DNA of 64,000 bases from Myxococcota bacterium (GTDB lineage Bacteria > Myxococcota_A > UBA796 > SXON01), in contig JAZKFH010000042.1 in NCBI GenBank assembly GCA_040386535.1, positions 128,001 through 192,000 on the forward strand, written 5' to 3'. Shown one piece after another: positions 57,545 through 64,000 of the stretch. The translations under genes were made by a program, and so were the position numbers. The first letter of the stretch is position 1. Each line of letters begins with the position of its first letter. Under the pieces are notes generated by a model. It saw only the letters and a list, made by a program, of their open reading frames with translations. It was not told the origin of the DNA and searched no databases.

Positions 57545-58560
57545 GACACACCCGCCACGCGGGCGCCGGGAGCCGCGCAACGGAGCATGCCCGCGGCGGC
57601 GAACCACGTGAAGGAGTCGCGCACGGTGTCCTCGATGGGGCGGGTGTGGTGGCCCAGCTCGCGGACGGCCTTGTCGGCGCACACGTGTCGGTTGGAACGG
57701 AGCGCGTGGAGGGATTCGCGTGTGTAGAGCGCGCGGCGCCCGACGAGGCTGCAGAAGAAGGTGGACACGGACGCGCCGAGGTGGAGGACCGGCAGCGGCA
57801 CGGCCACGCGGGAGGTGGACACCCCGAGGACGCCCTCGGTGATGCGCGCCAGCTCGGGGAGGGAGCGCCAGGACCCGCCGAGCAGGTAGTTCTCGCCGGT
57901 GCGGCCACGCTCGCCGGCCGCGATCACGCTGCGTGACACGTCCCGCACGTCGACCCAATCGAAGCCGCCGTCGGGCAGGGCGGGGAACGTGCGGTGGGCG
58001 ATGCCGAGCAGGATGGCGCCCATGTGGGAGGGCGCCGGATCGATGGGGCCGAGGACGCCCGTGGGGTTCACGATCACGGCGTCGAGCCCGCGCGCGACGA
58101 CCTCGCGCAGGGCGTCCTCCCCCGCGGCCTTCGAGCGGTCGTAGGCCGGGTGTGTGGGCGTGGGCCGCGCCCGCGACTCGTCCAGGGGCGCGTCGTACGG
58201 GTCGTGGTCGAAGGCGTGGACCGAACTGACGTGCACGTAGCGCCGTACGCCCGCTTCCAACGCGGCCGTGGCGGCGTTGCGGGCCCCGTCGACATTGATG
58301 GCACGGACGCGGCCGTCGGCGTCTCCGTTGACGGAGATCATCCCGGCGAGGTGGTACACGACGTCCGCCCCGCGGAACGCGGCCGCGAGCGAGGCGGGAT
58401 CGAGCACGTCGCCCCGCGCGACCTCGACGTCCAACCCCTCGAGCGAGGGCGCGACGGTGTCACCGTGGAGGAGCACGCGCACCGCGGTGCCTCGTGCGAG
58501 CAGGTCCCGGACGAGAGACGCTCCAACGTGGCCCGAGGCCCCAGTGACGACAACACCCAC
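57541..58560 (-). CDS. NAD-dependent epimerase/dehydratase (extended SDR, DFR/HpnA/3beta-HSD-like)
   Basis: VTGASGHVG, YHLAG, HVSS, YDRSK, NPTGVLGP, VDVRDV, GENYLL. Confidence 0.9.
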   Translation of the reverse strand: MGVVVTGASGHVGASLVRDLLARGTAVRVLLHGDTVAPSLEGLDVEVARGDVLDPASLAAAFRGADVVYHLAGMISVNGDADGRVRAINVDGARNAATAALEAGVRRYVHVSSVHAFDHDPYDAPLDESRARPTPTHPAYDRSKAAGEDALREVVARGLDAVIVNPTGVLGPIDPAPSHMGAILLGIAHRTFPALPDGGFDWVDVRDVSRSVIAAGERGRTGENYLLGGSWRSLPELARITEGVLGVSTSRVAVPLPVLHLGASVSTFFCSLVGRRALYTRESLHALRSNRHVCADKAVRELGHHTRPIEDTVRDSFTWFAAAGMLRCAAPGARVAGVS

Positions 58561-58697
58561 GCCAACCTCGACAGGCGTGGCGCGTATCCGACTGTTTGCC
58601 GTGAGGCGACCGTGGGCCCGCTCGTTTCGCCTCCCGACGCGATGCGTCCCTTCTTGGTGGATAGGTAGAGGGGGGCGCGCGGGCGCCGGGAGGGCGG

Positions 58698-59075
58698 ATG
58701 CCGGGATTGCACCACGTATCGGTCGGCGTACGGGACCTGGCGCGGGCCAGGGCCTTCTACGATCCGCTGCTGGCCTTGGTCGGCCTCGGTGTGCTCGGCG
58801 CGGACGACCTGTCGGTCGACTACGGCGCGCGGCACATCTGCTTCAGCCTGGAGACCCCGGTCGACGGCGCGCAGGCGACCGCCGGCAATGGCGTCCACAT
58901 CGCGTTCGAGGCGCCGGATCACGCGGCGGTGCGAGCCTTTCACGAGCAGGCCATCCGGACGGGCGGTCGCGACGCGGGGCCGCCGGGCCCGCGGCCGGAG
59001 TACGGACCGCACTACTACGGGGCGTTCGTCTACGACCTCGATGGGAACAAGATCGAGGCGATGACGGAGGGGTAG
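58698..59075 (+). CDS. VOC/glyoxalase family protein
   Basis: HHVSVGVRDL.RA.AFY, GNGVHIAF, GG.D.G.PG.RP.Y...YYGAFV.D.DGNKIEA. Confidence 0.92.
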   Translation: MPGLHHVSVGVRDLARARAFYDPLLALVGLGVLGADDLSVDYGARHICFSLETPVDGAQATAGNGVHIAFEAPDHAAVRAFHEQAIRTGGRDAGPPGPRPEYGPHYYGAFVYDLDGNKIEAMTEG

Positions 59076-59082
59076 TCGGGGA

Positions 59083-60291
59083 TCAGCCGGTTTGTCTAGA
59101 GGAGGCGCCGGGTGCGACTGCCACCGCCACCCCGTCCCGCACCGTCGCCGCGCCCTCGATCGTGTCCGGCCACTTGCGCAACACGTCGCCCGAGGGCGCG
59201 ACCAGGAACGCGTCGTTGGGCACCGCCATGCCGTAGCCCATCTTCACGTGGGCCCCGACTTTCGCGCGGTGGCCGATGGCGACGCCGAGAAAGTGTGTAT
59301 CCGCGCTGACGACGGCGCCCTGGTGCACCACGCGCACCGGTTGGCCGAAGGACAGATCGAACGCGGTGGCGGTCATCGCCACGAAGGCGTCGCGGCCGAA
59401 GACACACATCTGCCAGCCGCCGCCCGCGCTCACGAACGCGCCCGGGTAGAGCACGCAGAAGTTACACATGGCGGTGCGGCCGAGCCGGGCGCCGGGGCCG
59501 ATGACCGCAAGCGACGCGTGGGCATAATCCTCGATCTTCGCGCCGTCGCCCACCACACAGCCGCGCACGAGCGCATAGGCGCCCACCTCGACGTCGTCGC
59601 CGAGCTGGCTCGCCTCCACCACCGCGGTGGGGTGGATCTTGCAGCGCTTTCCCACGCGGTTGAGCGCGCGGGCGACGGCGTGGGGCTTGAAACTCCGTGC
59701 GCGCAGGAGCACCGCGAGCACCACGAACACCTTCTTCCAAATCGGGGACGCCTCGAAGTCGGCCTTGGCCTCCTCGGCCGTGGCAACGAGCGCGAGCAGG
59801 TTGACACGCAAAACGTGCGACCAATGCTCGAGCCCGTGCACGAGGCGCGCACCGGTCACCAACGGGCGCTGGGCGTGCGCGAAGGCGGGGTGCAGCTCCA
59901 TCGCCGCGGCGGGGCGCAGCTGGAGATCCAGGGGCAGGTCGGGCCCGTCGAGCGTCGGCGCGCCGCCCGCGGGCACCATCGCGACCTCGGGGCGCTCGGG
60001 CGTGCTCTGGAGCGGCCCCGTCTCGCGCAGGTACACCGGGTCGGCGATGCGCACGCGACCGGTCGCGCCCGCCGCCTTCACCGCGCGGAGGAAGGACGCC
60101 GTGAACCACACCCGGTCGGAGTACACGAGGTACGGCGCGTCGGCCGGCGGCGTGTCCACACGGGTGAAGCCCGCCGCGATCAGCGCCTTGTCCTGCGCCT
60201 CGGCGAGGGTGCCGCGGAGCACGCGGGTCTGGCCGACGGGATCGTCGAAGGGGGGGAACGTGGTTCCCGAGGTGATGCGCACGGCCAGCAT
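59083..60291 (-). CDS. Left-handed beta-helix (hexapeptide repeat) protein
   Basis: VGKRCKIHPTAVVEASQLGDDVEVGAYALV..VVGDGAKI, IGPGARLG, IGHRAKVG repeats. Confidence 0.7.
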   Translation of the reverse strand: MLAVRITSGTTFPPFDDPVGQTRVLRGTLAEAQDKALIAAGFTRVDTPPADAPYLVYSDRVWFTASFLRAVKAAGATGRVRIADPVYLRETGPLQSTPERPEVAMVPAGGAPTLDGPDLPLDLQLRPAAAMELHPAFAHAQRPLVTGARLVHGLEHWSHVLRVNLLALVATAEEAKADFEASPIWKKVFVVLAVLLRARSFKPHAVARALNRVGKRCKIHPTAVVEASQLGDDVEVGAYALVRGCVVGDGAKIEDYAHASLAVIGPGARLGRTAMCNFCVLYPGAFVSAGGGWQMCVFGRDAFVAMTATAFDLSFGQPVRVVHQGAVVSADTHFLGVAIGHRAKVGAHVKMGYGMAVPNDAFLVAPSGDVLRKWPDTIEGAATVRDGVAVAVAPGASSRQTG

Positions 60292-60388
60292 GGCGCGAGT
60301 GTACCGCCCGACGCGGGGCCGCGCCCTCCGGAGGACCCGGGCAGAAGCTCGGGGGCGCCTGCCGCGCGGGCCCGGTTACCTCCTGCGC

Positions 60389-60985
60389 ATGACCATCGGA
60401 CCCGACGACATCCTCCGCTTCTGGTTCGGCGCCGCAGACCTGCGCGCCGTCCCCTCCCCCGCCACCCCGCGGCGCTGGTTCACCCCCGACCCCGCCTTCG
60501 ACGCCGAGATTGCGGACCGCTTCGGCGCGCTGCTCGACGGCGATCCCGAGGCGGTCGAGGCCTGGGCGGCCACGCCTGCTGGCGCGCTGGCCGCGATCCT
60601 CACGTTCGACCAGTTTCCCCGCAACGTGTTCCGTGGCCAGGCCCGCGCCTTCGCGACCGACGCCCGCGCGTTGCGCCTCGCGACCGCGTGTGTGGCAGCG
60701 CGCTTCGACCAGGAGATGGGCGTGTCCCAACGTGCGTTCGTGTACCTGCCCTTCGAGCACGCGGAGGACATCGCGTCGCAGGATCGTTCGGTGGCGCTCT
60801 TCCAGGAGCTGGCGACCGACCCCGCGGGGGCGCTCTACCTCTCCTTCGCGGAGAGCCACCACGCCACGATCGCGCGCTTCGGCCGCTTCCCGGGCCGCAA
60901 CGCCGCGCTCGGCCGCACCGCGACGCCGGAGGAGGAGGCGTACCTCGCGGGGGGCGGGGCGACGTGGGGGCAGGGGAAGGTGTAG
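60389..60985 (+). CDS. DUF924 family protein
   Basis: ILRFWF, WF....FDAEI..RF, DQFPRNVFR, FVYLPFEHAE, H...I.RFGRFP.RN.ALGR..T.EE. Confidence 0.93.
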   Translation: MTIGPDDILRFWFGAADLRAVPSPATPRRWFTPDPAFDAEIADRFGALLDGDPEAVEAWAATPAGALAAILTFDQFPRNVFRGQARAFATDARALRLATACVAARFDQEMGVSQRAFVYLPFEHAEDIASQDRSVALFQELATDPAGALYLSFAESHHATIARFGRFPGRNAALGRTATPEEEAYLAGGGATWGQGKV

Positions 60986-61020
60986 GCGTTGGGGGGGGAA
61001 CGCTAGGCGCCACGGCGACG

Positions 61021-61320
61021 CCAGTCCAGCAACGCCGGACCTGACCGGCAGGTGGCGAGTTGCTGGACGCCCAGTCCAGCAACGCCGGACCTGACCGGCA
61101 GGTGCCGAGTTGCTGGACGTGGCGTCCAGCAACGCCGAACCTGACCGGCAGGTGCCGAGTTGCTGGACGTGGCGTCCAGCAACGCCGAACCTGACCGGCA
61201 GGTGGCGAGTTGCTGGACGTGGCGTCCAGCAACTCCGAACCTGACCGGCAGGTGCCGAGTTGCTGGACGTGGAGTCCAGCAACGCCGGACCTGACCGGCA
61301 GGTGGCGAGTTGCTGGACAC
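61021..61320. repeat. Palindromic tandem array, 6 x 50 bp (REP/BIME-like)
   Basis: Units every 50 bp from 61021; each GTCCAGCAAC-N5-ACCTGACCGGCAGGT-N5-GTTGCTGGAC; between convergent genes; no unique spacers. Confidence 0.93.
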
Positions 61321-61409
61321 CGGCGCCCCGTGCGACAACACCCCGCGCCCCGCCCACCCCGCCGCCGCAGCGGCCGCGCCCGGCGCGGTCCGTCTGCCCA
61401 GCTCCCGCT

Positions 61410-62237
61410 TCAGACCGCCCGCACCGACCCCACCAGGCACACCTTCCGCCCGCGCACCTCGAAGCCCACGCCGCCGTCGATGGCGCCCGCCTCGAAGGTG
61501 ACGCTCCCGGGTAGCGGCACCGGCGCCACGAAGCGTACGTCGACGGTGCACGCTTCGGGAACGTCGGTGTCGAGCTCGGCGAGGGCGCGCGCGAGGGTCC
61601 ACCAGCCGTGCGCGATGGGCTTGGGGAAGCCGAACGGGCGCGAGGTCCACGGGGAGAGGTGGATGGGGTTGTAGTCGCCGCTCACGGCTGCGTAACGACG
61701 GCCCTGATCCGCCGGGAGGCGCCAGCGCGTGGACCGGGTGACCTTCATGCCCCCCTCTGACACCGCCTCGCGCTCGCCGCCGTGCCCGCGGATGCCGCGC
61801 GTGAGGATCGTCGTAATACCCTCCCACACGATCTCGTCGCCCGCGGAGACCGTGACGACGAGATCGAATTCGCCGCCCGCCCGCACGACGCGGTGGCCGT
61901 CGACCACGCAGTTCGCGGAGAGGACCTCACCCGCGCGCACGTGGCGCCGCCGGGTGATCTGTTGGCGGGTGTGCACGATGCCGGTCACGGAGAGCGGAAA
62001 CGCCGGCGCGGTCATGACGGCGAGCTGGAGGCCCACCGTCGCGACGCCGGGCCACGTGAGCGGGAGCGGGTCGGCCACGGGGAAACCGCACACGCGCGCG
62101 TAGGCGGCGGCGTCCGTCGGGATCGTGTCGGCCATCGCCTCGATGCGCGGCAACGAGCCCTTCCACGCGGCGCGCTTGGTGAAGCTGGTCCAGAGCGAGA
62201 CCTGGGGGGGCGCCGGATACCGCGCGGCGCCGCTCAC
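61410..62237 (-). CDS. MaoC-like (double hot-dog) enoyl-CoA hydratase/dehydratase
   Basis: YARVCGF, GIVH, YAAVSGDYNPIHL...FGF..PIAHGWW, F.APV.LP; GTGA overlap with upstream gene. Confidence 0.9.
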   Translation of the reverse strand: MSGAARYPAPPQVSLWTSFTKRAAWKGSLPRIEAMADTIPTDAAAYARVCGFPVADPLPLTWPGVATVGLQLAVMTAPAFPLSVTGIVHTRQQITRRRHVRAGEVLSANCVVDGHRVVRAGGEFDLVVTVSAGDEIVWEGITTILTRGIRGHGGEREAVSEGGMKVTRSTRWRLPADQGRRYAAVSGDYNPIHLSPWTSRPFGFPKPIAHGWWTLARALAELDTDVPEACTVDVRFVAPVPLPGSVTFEAGAIDGGVGFEVRGRKVCLVGSVRAV

Positions 62238-64000
62238 CACACGCCCTCCGACCGCCACGCCTCGGGCCACGCGGAGCCCCGATTGCCCGGGATCTCGCGC
62301 CCCGTCGCGTCCGTGACGAAGTTCCCCACGTCGGCGAAGGCGCGCTCGCCGTTCACCCGCCCCTCACGGCTCCGCATCGCGACGATCGTGCCGTCGCGCC
62401 GCACGGACGCGACCTCGTGGGGCGCCGCGCGCAGGTCGACCAGGGCGCCCTTCTGCTTCGCGTTGAGGAGCTGCTCCTCGTTGCCGATGGGATCGGCCAC
62501 GGTCTTGGCCTTGAGCGTCCACACGAGCAGCGCGCAGGGGTCGCGGCCGGGAAACGCGTCTGCGAGCAGGTCGGAGTTGCCGTAGAACTGCTTGCCGATG
62601 TCGTTCTGGTTGACCGGGCCCGCCATGAGGCAGATGCCGGCGAGCAGATCGCAGCCCTCGGGCAGGTCGATGCAGCCCGCGAGCTCACACACCAGCGCGC
62701 TCCGCGCCGCCGCCGCCCCGAACGCGCGCACCGCGTGCGGGAAGGACACGCCCGCGGCCTCGACCTCCTTCGGCGAGAGGCCCCCCACGTAGATGCGCTG
62801 CCCAGCGAGGCCGAACGCCTTCTTGCCACGCGCGGCGTTCTTGGAGAGGGACTTGCCGGTCGGAAGGTCGGCCCAGAGCGGGATGCCGGCGCACACCTTG
62901 TCGGTGATCGTCTCGAGCTCGGTGCGCACGCCGCGCAGGCGCTCCTTGCCGGTGGGGGTGAGCACGTCGATGCGCTCGAGCAGGAGCAGCGCCTTTGCCT
63001 GCTCGCGGTCCACGCCCGACCAGCGCCAGAACGCGTTGTATGCGGCGCGCGCGGCCATCTCGGTGAGGCCCTGCGGCACGTCCATCTCCTGGCGCGCCTG
63101 GTAGGCCGGCGGCGCCTTGTCCTCCGCGTTCACGCCGGGCTGGATGCGCTCCGAGCGGAACGCGAGCAGGTTCGCACCGAGCTTGCGGCAGAGGTCCGGC
63201 GCGATCGGCGACACGTCCGCCACCGCCCCCACCTGCGCCACGAGGCACACGCGCCAGCCGAGCGCGCGCTCGTCGGCGGTGAGGCCGACCAGGGCCTCGA
63301 TCTCGGCCTGGAGGGGGGCGTTCTTGCCGCCCGCGACCGAGAAGGGCGCCATCAGCACGTTCGCGCGGCGGCGGCCCCCGGAGGCGAGCAGGGCGGCGCG
63401 CTCGAACGCCTCGGCCCAGATGCCGACGTGGAGGTGCTGGAGGTAGCCGATCGTCGGGATGTCGTCGGTGTGGTGGAACTTCTTGTTCCACGCGCGGATC
63501 GGCACGGTGAGCAGGCTCGCGACGGGCTTGTGGCCGATGAACGTGAGCAGGAAGGTGAAGGGGGTGCGGTAGGGCCGCGACAGCGCCACATGGGTGTAGG
63601 CGGCGCCGTCGAGGACGGTTTCGACGCCGTCCAGGCGGCGCAGGAGCGTCGTGAGCGCGGCGGAGTCCGCCGGGCCGAGGGTGACTTGCCGGTGGCCACG
63701 GTAGTTCGTGGACTGGCGCGACGAGAGCACGCCGAGCGCGGCCTCCTCGAAGAGCTCGGCCTCGGTGGGGGCGGCGCCCGGGACGAACGCGGCAGGCGGC
63801 GCGAGCGAGAGGAGCGCGGCGGCCTGGCGGCCCTCGTCCGTCGTGAGCGACACGCGCGTGCGGAAGCCGATCGGGTTGGCCGAGTCGAGCGCCTCGGGCA
63901 GGTGGTAGCGGTCCCGGCGCTCGCCCTCGGCGGCGAAGCGGGCGTCGCGAGCCACGCGCTGTTCGGAGGGCGGCGGCGGGATGGGCGAGAGGGTGATGGG
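62234..64000 (-). CDS. Hypothetical protein (>588 aa), 5' end outside window
   Basis: Frame stays open to the window edge (PITLSPIPPPPSEQRV...); typical codon usage; no recognised domain. Confidence 0.75.
   Translation of the reverse strand, partial: PITLSPIPPPPSEQRVARDARFAAEGERRDRYHLPEALDSANPIGFRTRVSLTTDEGRQAAALLSLAPPAAFVPGAAPTEAELFEEAALGVLSSRQSTNYRGHRQVTLGPADSAALTTLLRRLDGVETVLDGAAYTHVALSRPYRTPFTFLLTFIGHKPVASLLTVPIRAWNKKFHHTDDIPTIGYLQHLHVGIWAEAFERAALLASGGRRRANVLMAPFSVAGGKNAPLQAEIEALVGLTADERALGWRVCLVAQVGAVADVSPIAPDLCRKLGANLLAFRSERIQPGVNAEDKAPPAYQARQEMDVPQGLTEMAARAAYNAFWRWSGVDREQAKALLLLERIDVLTPTGKERLRGVRTELETITDKVCAGIPLWADLPTGKSLSKNAARGKKAFGLAGQRIYVGGLSPKEVEAAGVSFPHAVRAFGAAAARSALVCELAGCIDLPEGCDLLAGICLMAGPVNQNDIGKQFYGNSDLLADAFPGRDPCALLVWTLKAKTVADPIGNEEQLLNAKQKGALVDLRAAPHEVASVRRDGTIVAMRSREGRVNGERAFADVGNFVTDATGREIPGNRGSAWPEAWRSEGVW

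Noticed and set aside
54882..57908. 1008-aa ORF as one fused P450
   Set aside because: Its N-terminal part is an Arg/Pro-rich off-frame reading over the upstream genes; the real genes are two P450s in different frames meeting at 56222.
61021..61320. CRISPR array or repeat-protein CDS (ORFs 60600-61232, 61210-61674)
   Set aside because: No variable spacers; the 50-bp period is not a multiple of 3; the ORFs only read through palindromic repeats.

Overview
GC-rich bacterial window, about 50 genes, probably Myxococcota. That assignment is inferred from the FHA/AAA+ activator next to a Ser/Thr kinase-WD40 gene, many Asp/Thr-linker lipoproteins, a CTERM-like sorting tail and a CYP51-like P450. The main finding is a compact minus-strand operon at 22549-26483: a PyrH/SttH-type tryptophan halogenase, a class I/II PLP aminotransferase and a full-length bacterial GRAS-domain protein with an intact DxGxGxG motif. 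It has a perfect sigma-54 promoter with palindromic upstream sites, and the gene set suggests a halo-indole modifying or sensing pathway. Next to it lie a 52-bp palindromic tandem array and an apparently lower-GC patch (27.1-30.4 kb) with operator-like palindromes, immunity-like ORFs, attC-like core sites and a Phd/YefM-RelE/ParE toxin-antitoxin pair. A second, 50-bp array at 61.0-61.3 kb shares the ACCTG-N5-CAGGT core. Also present: LamB-like porin plus GH13 amylase, polyamine genes in three separate places, an SDR/CYP51-like/P450 operon, a DUF3494 ice-binding-like lipoprotein and a DUF1501 cluster. No rRNA, tRNA, CRISPR array, integrase or transposase was recognised. All family calls come from motif recognition by eye, not database searches, and several starts were moved from those in the ORF track.
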